DNA of 64,000 nucleotides from Haplodiscus bocki. Taxonomy: Eukaryota. The stretch is from contig OZ296659.1 of NCBI GenBank assembly GCA_965655095.1, forward strand, positions 66,092,001 to 66,156,000, in the 5' to 3' direction. Below, piece by piece: positions 25,390-36,315 of this stretch (positions are counted from its first letter, which is position 1; each line of letters starts with the position of its first letter). The notes beneath the pieces were generated by a model. It was given only the letters and a program-made list of their open reading frames with translations. It did not search any database and had not been told where the DNA came from. The translations under genes were made by a program, and so were the position numbers.

Positions 25390-26450
25390 ACATGAAAATG
25401 AAGCAAAACATATTTTACTTTCAACAAACAAAAACTGTGAAACACTATTGAATACACACAGGAAACAACAAAAAACACTCGAATGCATACTTACCAAACC
25501 CGGGGGAAAATTTTCTCATTTGACTCATCTTTCAATCTTGAACTTGACTCTAAATCGATGATTGGATCAACAAGTTTATGAGCGTACAATTTTCTTTCAA
25601 AAAAAAACTAGGAAATAACAAATTTGAACTTTATAATGAAATTGTTAATGAGTTTTCATTCACAAAACTAAAAGATGAGCTTAAGGAGATCCTTGGTCTC
25701 TCAGATATTTCACCCAAGCAGCTACAGTTAAAACAGTAGGACCGCGTAATAATAATGCAACTAAAAACTTATCATCAGAAAAGAGACAGACTGTTGATTA
25801 ATATATGTTAATATTGTGTTATGCTTGATCTTCAATTCAAGATTCTGAAAGTTATCTTGGAATTTTAGTTTGTTTGGATAAAGATGATTTTCAGTTACTG
25901 TTAAAACTTTACTTTTCAAATTTTATCACATATGAAATGCCACCAGGCCTTTACTCAAATGAAGATATTCCAGAGGCCAGTCACCCAATGGGAGATCATG
26001 AGGGACCTTGCAAATTGAATATGATGATAGTAACGTGAAACAAAACCTATTTTTCCCGTTTTGGTGAAACTTTTAGAACCTTAAGGTTTGATGAAAAAGC
26101 TCACAGAATATTGGGGTCACACACCCACTAATGTTTTTCATGCTGATTCCTAGTTGTACAGACTAGAGAAAAAATTAAAAATTTAGGTACAATAGGTAAA
26201 ATTCATTTCAAATGTGATGTTTTGATGGCAGTGTAGTAAAAAGTATAAGACAAACAATACTAAACAATTTCGTTTTGGAAGAACCACTTGGGTATATAAT
26301 GTTTTTTGTGATCCTGAATTTATAAATTTTGAAAAAAAAATCAAATCTGTTTTGAGCAGTAAAACGTTTTGTTAAGAAAATGATGATCACAAAGAAGTTA
26401 ATTTAAATTGAAAAACGTTGACTTTTACTTTACATTTAGTAAAAATCTGA
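25390..26450 (+). pseudogene. Minor capsid (penton)-like protein, paralog 2
   Basis: GTIGKIHFKCDV/FDGSVVKSIRQTILNNFVLEEPLG...ENDDHKEVNLN*KTLTFTLHLVKI* aligns with paralog 1. Confidence 0.62.
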
Positions 26451-26529
26451 AACATTGAGAGTATAGAAAACACTTTCTTGGTTTTCAAGCCCAAAAAAGA
26501 AGTTTCCAAATAGTTAAAACTGATTCTTT

Positions 26530-26900
26530 TTGGGTTACAGGCAGGGATCTATCTGGTACTTTAATTCTTTATGAGGATATAACCTCTAAAGGTAGTAAAA
26601 TAATAAAAGGCGACTCTTCATTATGTATCAGAAAAAAAAACCTATGACTGTTAGTGTTAACGCTATAGCAGTGGAAAGTTTAGGTGACTATTTCAAGTCT
26701 CTTGGTAAAAAAGAACATAATGCTTCGAGAAAAATGGCAAAAAAAGTTTTAAAAACTAAAGGATGAGCATAGGGAATTGGAGCAAATGTTGGTAATGCAA
26801 TTGCATCTCGAAGCCCTAAAGCAGCTTTATCAAGTCTGCCAGAAGTGCTCAATTTCTGTCACATTGGAAAAGGGTTAAAGCTGGGGAATTTTGTATATTC
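26530..26900 (+). pseudogene. Small basic/amphipathic virion core-like protein
   Basis: ESLGDYFKSLGKKEHNASRKMAKKVLK...GIGANVGNAIASRSPKAALSSLPEV. Confidence 0.5.
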
Positions 26901-26929
26901 TCTAAAATTTCTTTCTTCTGTTCCAAGAT

Positions 26930-27470
26930 ATGACTGCACCTACATTACAGTTGTACCCATCTGCGCAACTAAAAAACAACATTGATATAGAACAGATAAT
27001 GAAACAGAAATTGAAATATGTGAATAGTTCCAATATCTTGATTAAAGTCATCAAGAAAATGATTACTTACTTCAAAGATTATCATCATAAATCAGAAAAG
27101 AAAAAGAAAAAAATACATATTGTTAAGTACAATAATAAAATCATTTTGATACATTTGTAATCATTGCCACTATATCTGTTTCCTCTACCTGGTCTCTCAC
27201 AGGCTTTGGTTCAAAACACTCCCAATATCAGCCAAGACAGCACGTGGATTAGCAGTTAGTAAAAAAGTAAAACATAGATAGTTATTCAAAAGATTCAAAA
27301 GTATAATAGGCATAAAAAAACTTATGGGAAAAAACAACGATCAAGTAAATTTATAAATTTATCGCTAGATTATTTTAAAAAAAGTTTGCAAGATAATCTA
27401 ATTGATAAAATTAAATACGAATCTCTATGTAATGTTTTGACTGAGTACGTTGTTGAAAGAAAAAAATAAT
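26930..27470 (+). pseudogene. Coiled-coil + hydrophobic-hairpin membrane protein relic
   Basis: LQLYPSAQL...KMITYFKD...SFDTFVIIATISVSSTWSLTGFG...TACGLAVS...SLQDNLIDKIKYESLCNVLTEY (joined across frameshifts). Confidence 0.5.
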
Positions 27471-27544
27471 CTTTTTTGAAACTGTACATAAAAAACTGGA
27501 AATTTTAGTACTTAAAAAAATCAACCTAGAACCTAGGATATAGA

Positions 27545-27845
27545 ACAAGAACGGTTCTGTCCTGTTAACATTAAAATGTTTGTTACGGAACTGTTCCGTT
27601 TATATTAGGACGACAACTGCTCTGTTTTCAGTAAGATGAGAGCTTTTGTCTTTACCACAAATGAGAACTGTTCTGCTATGCTTACAAAAAATGGAGAACT
27701 GTTCTGTTCTGTTTACCTTAAGATGAGAACTGTTATGTGTACATTACGATGAGAACTATCCTGCTTACATTAAATGAGTACTGTTCTGCTCACATTAAAA
27801 TAATAACTGTTCTGTTTACATTAAATTGATAACTGTTTTGTCTAA
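27545..27845 (+). repeat. ~26-30 bp tandem repeat (consensus ~ATGAGAACTGTTCTGTTTACATTAA), about 11 units
   Basis: Repeated aactgttctg...acattaa motif directly upstream of the ATPase. Confidence 0.88.
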
Positions 27846-27864
27846 TGAAAAAATCAAACGAGTG

Positions 27865-28620
27865 TTGAAAAATTTTGTTTTGTGTGTAAAATAAAAGCAG
27901 ATGAAAACAAGCACAAGAAAGATAGAGCTGTTTGCAGCAGCTGCTACATTAAGAAATACACAAAAACAACAGCTGACATCAAAAACAACTTCACACCTCC
28001 TGTGGAAAAGGAACTATTACTTCACACCAACAACGAAATAACTATATTATTAAAAGCAATGGAAACCTCATCATCAGAATTTCGAGTTGATGGAAATAAT
28101 ATCTAACGAGTTTTGTTCTACTTCGAAAACAAAAACCATTGTATAATTACAAAATCTTCAAATCAATATCATAATATCAAAGCTGAAACATCACATGAAA
28201 TTCACCCTTTAGAGACTAATGAAGACAACACTGTTGTTTTTGATGACATGTTGCTATCAAAACAAGCAAGCAATATTGATGTGTTTTTTTACAAGAGGGA
28301 GTCACAAAAATTTTAATAAATACTTTATATCTCAAACTTATTCTTACCTGTCAAAAAAAGTATTCGTAATTTTTTTAATAAAATTGTTTTGTTTAGGTTA
28401 ACACTAAGGGGTGTTTTACTACTATTATAATATATAGAAAGATTAGATAAGATTTTACAGGAATGGAACTAGCTATGTCGTAAGATTCTTGGAAATGAAT
28501 ATGAATTTTTACAGATAGACAGATTCGGTAAAAAACGAGAAGCTAACTATATTTTCAGGAATTGTAATAAAAGTAATTATAAAGATTGTACTCCCCAGGC
28601 GAAACATTTTGGAAGAACAT
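27865..28620 (+). pseudogene. A32/FtsK-like packaging ATPase with N-terminal Zn finger
   Basis: CFVCKIK...VCSSCY; degenerate Walker A (LIIRISS*WK*YL); Walker B VVFDDML; FFTRGSHKN...ISQTYSYL (cf. RGRHxN...SQxYFxLP). Confidence 0.85.
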
Positions 28621-28649
28621 GAGAAACATGCGCAATGAATTCATAGATT

Positions 28650-29487
28650 CTATGGGTGGTATTCAATTAAAAACAGAGTTGATTTGTAGAAATTAAACAA
28701 ATTAGTCTTGTCACAAAGACAAGATGAGGCTTTTTCATCAGGACAATTCATCATGAGGCAATGAAAAAAGTGTTTGAACAGGTTACTGAAACATTTAAAG
28801 ATGCCTCTGAAGATGTAACAAAAACCATGTTAGTAACTTCAGAAGAGAAAAACACCGCAGTAGCGAATTACAGCAACAAATTTTTAATCTAATGAAAGAC
28901 AAGGGTATATTACCATCTTATTTCCTGTCTCCTTTATCTAAAATCACTAACCCAGAAAATAATAGTCAATATAAACTAGTAAAAGATTTTGACTCGATTC
29001 GTGTCAATGATCTGTCAACAAGCAAAACAAAACCAGTTACTCCATATAACAATTTGCTAACCTTCCGGAATACAGACAAAAAATTTTGAAGTGGAAGGAG
29101 AATTTTTAAAATTCATGAAAACTGAAAAATACAATGTTGATCTTGCTAAATTATCGGATAAAAAACTAACGTCAGAGTTTGCGAAAGAAAGGCAGTTTTG
29201 ATGTTGAAGCTTAAGGTATTAAATGTACTAACTATAAACTTGTCATTAGGTTGCTCAAATTATTCGCAATACTGGCTTGTGCTTCTGGTGTTTCATTGTA
29301 TACGAGAATCTTTTTTTCCAATCTTGATAAACTATGTGATGGAATAAAAGTAGTACTACGAGAGAGACAGGCTGGAAATCCTTCAGATAAATTTAATGCT
29401 GAAATTGTCGCAACAGCGGATAAACTGTTAGATCGTAAGTGTATATCTGCGAAACAGCACAGATTTTTGCTACCTAAATTCAACTAA
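28650..29487 (+). pseudogene. Polinton hypothetical protein upstream of MCP
   Basis: ORFs 28892-29089 and 29251-29487 (LCDGIKVVLRERQAGNPSDKFNAEIVATADKLL), same strand, between ATPase and MCP. Confidence 0.5.
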
Positions 29488-29489
29488 GT

Positions 29490-30726
29490 TGAAAGTATGA
29501 AATAGAACGAAGAATCCTAAAGTGTGATTATTTAGGATTTTCACCTGCAGAGACATCTACAAGAAATACTGCTTATAGTCAAATATATATCAACATACTC
29601 GCGAAGATTCTGATGTTTCCTTGTTAAATAGTTATCTTGATTTAAAATTTGAAGTTATCGAAAAAACTGATGTTTCCATATGTGCAAATGGTAATGATAT
29701 AAATTGGTTTAATCTTGGCCCAATCGGTTTTTTTTTAGTAATTCTAGTTGGACAACATCCAGAGGTAAACAATTGGAAGCTTTTTGCCAAGCCCACCATG
29801 TTTCTTCAATGTGTAAACTATGACATCGAGTGGAGGCAATGTTGATTTATCTTTTTGATTCGTTCGGGAACGTATTAGGAGACAGTATGAGTTAACTAAT
29901 AAAAAAACATAAAAGATGAGTAACATGTAGGAATTAGTCTCGAAGACGTTTTTCGATTGGCCGAGGAAAAAGCTTGAAGCGGATTAAGTTAAATAATTAA
30001 CACCAACAAAAAATAAAGACGATGCCGTTCTTAACAAAGCTGATGCAATTGCTGATGTTGGAATGAAAATTGATAACATCCATTGGTGTGTACTTCATTA
30101 TACATACACACCTTCCATTCCTGAACAAGGGTAAATAAGTCAACAAGTTTTAAAAAATCACCCAGAGAGCACCGATAAATTGAACGATCTATTTTAAAGA
30201 AAAAAGTAATCAAGCAGAGTCTTTGGAGTTGCGATTTAGGTAGCCATGAAAGTATGAATGTTGCTATATGGATAATTGTACGATTTCAACAAAGAGGTGG
30301 ACGAGATTAGCAAAACCTGAACAATGACGCCTTTTATAGATTGCCAATTACTTGTGCCCAAGGCATAAAAGGTACAGAAAAAAACCCTAAAACTGGTACT
30401 TTTAAAAACTATAACAATGATGATTATAGTCAGGATTATGAACTGATTAAAAAAGTTTTTAGAGCTCTCACAAAAGATGACATCCTTCAACCAGATATAT
30501 CAGATCACGATTTTAGATCTTCAAATGTCGGGGCCGATGATAATGGTTAAAAATCATATGTTTTCGATTTACGATATCAGGGAACTTTTACAGCTGTCAA
30601 CGCAAATAATGTAGAATTTGAATTTGATGGAGTTGTTCCAAAAGATAAAAACGGATATGCTCTAGTACAAACAAATATATTGGTTAGTGTGAGTAGTGAT
30701 GGGCATTTGCATTTTGATGTAATTTG
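29490..30726 (+). pseudogene. Major capsid protein (double jelly-roll type)
   Basis: ~410 codons: SQIYINILAK/EDSDVSLLNSYLDLKFEV...WIIVRFQQR...LPITCAQGIKGTEKNP...YVFDLRYQ...VEFEFDG...GYALVQTNILVSVSSDG; size, motifs and position fit a Polinton MCP. Confidence 0.78.
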
Positions 30727-30729
30727 AAG

Positions 30730-31580
30730 TCTAAGAAACTTTGATCCCTCGTGGATTTATGTTTGAATTCTTCATCACATCTTCACGTTTTTTCTTTCTT
30801 AACTCTGTCTTTTTCAATAAGGCTCTATTATATTATTCGAGATGTTGATCGATTTTGTAGCTTAGTATTGTAACGTTAACAGTTTCTGTACTTTCATACA
30901 GTTCATTAAACCAGTTAGCTGTATCCGATTTTCAAGACGTTTTCTTTTTATTGGTTCTTTTGACCAGGATGTGAATTTTAAAATTTCGTTTTCTTTTCTT
31001 TCGTTTTTCCAAAAAATTTTGGTCAACATATCCTTCTTCTTTCTGAAGATGCATGGATTGGGGTTAATTTAGTAGAAAAAGGTATTCTATTCTTAAATTG
31101 TCTCGTTACTGTGGGTAAATTATCCACCCAAATACCATCACACCTTTCTAAAATAGGCTTTTTAGGTTGGTCTCTAAAAATACGGTTGAGCCTTTCAGCA
31201 AAAACTGCTCCTAAAGATGTAATTGTAGAACAACACATAATGTTATTGTTATTTAGGAGATTAGTAAAAGTTTTGTCGACAAACTCGGATCCGTCACCGC
31301 TTCCATTCGAATTTGCTCTTCTCTTCGTGGACTTGAGAATGTTTTCTAAAATGTTTGTTATTGTTTGAGCATTTTTATTTTTTAAAGGCACTGTCCATCC
31401 AAACTTGCTGAAGTTATCCAACACAACTGAAACTTATCTTTATCCTCTTTTATTTTCAGGACCATATTACCTCAAATCTGACATATGTGAACTCCAAGTA
31501 TCAGCAATAAGATAAACATTAGTTTCGTTGGTGCTGTAGTTCTTCGCTGATCCTTTGGAGTCTATTTCGTTTAAAAAAAA
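30730..31580 (-). pseudogene. Polinton retroviral-like (rve) integrase
   Basis: DTWSSHMSDL...VVLDNFSKFGWTVPLKNKNAQTI...GDGSEF...AVFAERLNRIFRD...STKLTPIHAS. Confidence 0.92.
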
Positions 31581-31779
31581 ACAATTGACTGGGCCAATTG
31601 CTAGCTGCGCCATAGAATCAACTGTTGCTCGAGTCAATTAGCTAACCTAAAATTTTGCAGGGTGAATTTTGGGAACCTTGTTGGTTCCTATTTAATCGTC
31701 CACAAGTATTATCAGTTAAAAAACATTTTTGCTGTCATATTAAGTAGAGGAAGAAACACATGCAGGATCCGGTCACACT

Positions 31780-34700
31780 TTGCATAGCGAACAATTTATA
31801 ATAAATGCGATCTTCGTAATAAACGATGCTTTGAGGATTATAACAAGAATCATCTAAAATCAAAAACTCATATTAAAACTCTTAATGGGTTTAATAATAT
31901 TTGAAAGTATTGTGATAGTTGCAAAGATGATATGAACAATTCAAATTGAAAGAAACAAATCAAAAAACTTGAAGGAAAATTGGCGGACGAAAGTTGACTC
32001 ATTTTTCTTCCAAAATTTTTAATCTGTCATTTATTTGAACAAAAATTTCAACTAATTAATTGAAATGCATATCATTATCTTTTTGTTGTTGTAACATTTT
32101 ATGCTTTTTTTCATAATATGTCTTTCGTTAGTTTGATATTTTATTTTTATTAAGATAGTAACAATTTGAAACTCTTTTAGTGATACAGGTTTTACAATCT
32201 GCTTTTCCTAAAGATATTTGATAAAAATTTCAGTTCTACAATTAGTACAAAGTTTACTCTCCATTTAATTGATATATTTCTCCTGAAAATATTTTTGCTT
32301 TCAATAAGTTCCTCCTCAATATAGGGAGACGAAAAATAGAGACAGCCGCAGATGTGATAAATGTAATTTTGATGTTCATATAGCATCCTTTGCGAAACTT
32401 TTCACAATTAAGAAGCCTGGAGAAAACTTACACTTTATCCACTCAAACGTTATTAATGAAAAAAGCAAAACCAAACCAAAAAAAATTTTTGAACCTAAAC
32501 CTTCAAAACAAATAGCAGGAGGAAGTTTTAAAATAGATGATAAACAATTAAACAAAGATTTAACTGAAGACACGAATAATCTTTACTATTTTGCTCACGG
32601 AGTATGAAAAGCCGGGTTTAATAATGAAGTAGATGGCCATCATACTATTCAAAGAAAGTTTAAATTAACTATTTGACCAAAATTTTTAGAAATTTAAGGA
32701 ACACTTGTCATTTACATAGTGAAAGAGATGACTAATATTTATGCAAGATTATTAAAATTTTACAATTATAAATATCAAACAGTGTTTCTGGCAAGATAGG
32801 ACGATCAAGATGAAAGCGATCAGGTATTAGATGAATTTGAAAATACAAAAACCTAATGACTAATAAAAATTTAACGGAATCTGATGGTGATAAAATTGAT
32901 GCTGGATATCATATAAAAAAACAACTCATTCAGAATCAGGAGTCAAAAGATAGTGTTTGAGATTTGAATAATTTAATTCAATGACATTATTTTTCGATAA
33001 CACTATTGAATTAAACGGATCAAGTTGTATAAAAGTTCCATAAAGAAATTCAACTATATTGAATTTTGAAAATGGTGATAATTTTTGTTTCCTTTGGTCA
33101 ATATTAGCTCATCCACATCCTTGTAAAATTAATCGTTTTAAAAGAGTGTCGAAAATTAAACGAAAATTTGATAAGTTAAACATTCAAAGATTCGATTTTA
33201 CTAAGGGTTTCAAATGCAGTGATGGTAATGAATTTAATAATTTAAATGAATAATCTTTGAACATCTTTGAATTAGGTTCCTGTCATGATCAAAAGGATTG
33301 GACACCTAAATTAATTCCTATTGAAAATAGTTAAAACGATTTTGACAGATTTGTCGACTTAATGATATATAGAAATCATTATATTCTAATCAAAATGTTA
33401 CATGTAGTTTTAAGTAATTATGACACTAAGTTTAAATGTAGACGAAGTTTGAGTTAGTATTCCCGTCTGAATATTATATTAAAACATAACCAGAGATGTG
33501 AACAACAGGAAAAACTGGCTATTAGAACATCAAATGATTTTATTTACTTTTGGAAGAAACGCGTTAATAAGAAAATCTTATCTTTCATGGTATATGCACA
33601 TATTGAAGCTGATAATGAAATTGATTATCCTAGTAAAGCAAATTAAACACTTAACATTTATAAACAGAATCCAGTTTGTAATGGTTGATATAAAGTATCT
33701 GAATTAAACGATGTTTTGCTGAGCAGTTTTTTTGAATCTCCTCTAGCATATGATGATGTTTACTGGTTTGTGGATGAAGTAATAAAAAATGAAAATACAT
33801 AGAAGATCTTCTTTCAAAACACTAAAAAACGCACTATAATGATTGGAGAAGATCAACATTTTTAGGGACAAATTTTTACGTGTCAAATTTTTCGAAAAGA
33901 AAAAACATTCTAATAAGGTTAGAGGTCGTTTTCACTTAACAGGTAAATATACAGGACCAGCTCATCAGAAAGGTACTAATAACGTTTTATTTTATTTCAT
34001 TCCGCTTAGCTAATTTGAGTATTCATGATTGTCATCTATTGTTTGAAAAATCAGTTGATGGAAGGAAAAGTTTGAGAATAAAAATTCCTGATTAAAGGAT
34101 TTATGTAAATAAAAAATTTACATATCTTGAGAATACTTCAAAAAATCGAAGTTTATCAAAAATCAGTTAGCAACTTAGAAAAAGAAGAATTCTTCAAAAA
34201 AGTATAAAACAACTGTCGTATCGATGAAGAGAAAGAACGATAAAAAGCAATTATTAAATTCGTTAATATTCAACATGGAGAAAAGGTAACGAAATTATAC
34301 TAAAGTGATTTTATTTTACTTCCATGTCTTTTTGAGAAAATTTTGAACGTATCAATTTTTGAATTTGATGTCAATCCTCGTTTTTGTGTAAACTAACCTG
34401 ATTCTTTTACTTGACTTTTTTGATTGAAATAATTTGGTATAAACTTACAGACACTTCAAGCTATAGAAACAAATTTGTTGTTGGAGAATAATATACGAGG
34501 AGGAATTTCATCAGTATTGGGTGATAGATATAAGAAGTCAGGTGGAAAAATTTTTTATAAAGAGATGCTACCATGTTATATGGTTGGGCCATGAGCGAAT
34601 CCCTACCATATGATGAAATTAAGTTTGATAAAAAAGTTAATTTAGAAGATATTTTAAATACTCTTGATGATTCGTGTATTGGTTGTTTCGTTGAGACTGA

Positions 34701-35690
34701 TTTACGATATCCAGATGAACTATAGGAAGAATCTAAGAATTCTCCAATTTGTCCAGAGAACAAAGTTAGTCCTCAAAAAAACTTTGGTGATTACATGAAC
34801 GAGAAGAAACCGAATAATAACACACAAATTAAGAAATTAATTTGTGATTTGACTGACAAAAAGAATTACTTAATTCATCATAGGATGTTGAAGTTTTATA
34901 GAAGACACGGAAAAATAGTTGATGAAGTTCCTCAGACAAATTATTTTAAACGGAAAAAATTGGTTGGAAAAAGATATAAATTTCAATACTCAAAAAAGAA
35001 AACAACAAAAAAATGATTTTGAAAAGGACTTATAATAATTACTAAAAAACGCTTTTTATGGGAAGACATTGGAAAAAGTTAGAAATAGACTAAAAACGAA
35101 CACTATTTAAAAAAAACAATTTTAAAGAAACTATCAATCCTTAATCAAAACTAAACATCAATGGAACCCATGAATCTTATACAGATTCTCATAGTAACAC
35201 ATTTGCACATAATGAAGTTCTTATGGATGAGGCAATTTAATTAGGATTCACCGTATTGCAATTGAGTAAATTGTTCATGTATGGAACATATTTTGATGCT
35301 ATTCCACCATCTTTTGGAGAGAAAAACACAGTGTCATTACATTGGTACAGATGCTTTTGTATCAAGTGTATATTCTGGAAACAGAATCAAAGACTTACAA
35401 ACTCTTGAATATTTTTTTGACTTGAGCAATTAAAAAAAATGATGATTTTCATAGTTTTAAAAACAACAAAGTGATCGTTAAAGTCGAAACAGAAACTCCT
35501 GAGAACGTTTTTGTAGATGAATTTTTATGCTTAAGAATTAAAGCATGTTCATTTATAGTGGAAGTGATAGTAAAAAAATTGAACAAATTTTCTAAATCTC
35601 ACTCGGAATTGTTGAATTCGATGAGAATTAAAATTCTTTTTTTTGAATGAGATTATCAAAAAGAACGTGATAAATATAGCTTGAAATTGA
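31780..35690 (+). pseudogene. Protein-primed family B DNA polymerase (N-terminal Zn-finger/TP region, EndoVII-like insert)
   Basis: NHLKSKTH; CFLWSILAH; YAHIEAD (ExoI); VRGRFHLTGKYTGPAH; NIRGGISS; DATMLYGWAMSESLPY (motif A); LLKNAFYGKT (motif B); HYIGTDAF (motif C). Confidence 0.93.
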
Positions 35691-35719
35691 AATTAAAAAA
35701 TGTTTATGAAAGTTAGAAA

Positions 35720-36315
35720 AATTTGAAAAACTAGAAACATCGAAAACAAAAATCGATCTAAAAACTATGTTTCACGAGGGGAAAGAACTTCGAGATTTTA
35801 TGATAGAATTTTAACTCATAAAAACAACAAAAACTCCCGTGACCAACTTTCTACGTGAGTGACTATTGGTTCTGTCAGCCTGCTGTTATAAGATATTCAG
35901 AAAAACTTTTTGTGAAAACGATCTTGCATAGTAAACATCTTTATAAATTTTGAGTTTTCAATTTTTTTATTGATCCGGTGAGTTCCCATTGATGCTAACT
36001 TCGGAACAAAATTTTGTAAGAATAACTTTCCCTTATAAAAAATTTAAAAAACATCGCCGGCCAAATTCCAAGACCATGCAAGCCTTCCTAGCGATAGTTC
36101 CCCATCTGTAACTTGGAACACTTGTGTACGTCCCTTGATTTAGTATACTTTTGCATAAATTTTGCAATTTCTTGTGAACCCCCTTGACGTAAAATGTTTA
36201 TTAAAATTTTACGTCTGCCTCCTATTTTATTCTTCATTATATTTCTTTCGGCAGCAGTTTTATTGGACGTAGTGCGTCGTCGCGTCTGGCCTCAAAAGCG
36301 AATATTGTAACTACT
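35720..36315 (+). repeat. Polinton right TIR (internal ~350-370 bp deletion near 36110)
   Basis: Inverted match to 19939-20875; lacks the segment present at ~44370-44725. Confidence 0.9.

Larger units (their letters stand above)
19939..36315 (+). mobile_element. Full-length degraded Polinton/Maverick (adintovirus-like endogenous virus), 16.4 kb
   Basis: AGTAGT (19939) and ACTACT (36310-36315) termini; ~0.9-kb TIRs; pPolB, integrase, ATPase, protease, MCP and mCP relics. No convincing TSD (CAAGGA vs TGCGGA). Confidence 0.93.

Noticed and set aside
27545-27845. CRISPR-like array
   Set aside because: Contiguous degenerate tandem units without unique spacers.
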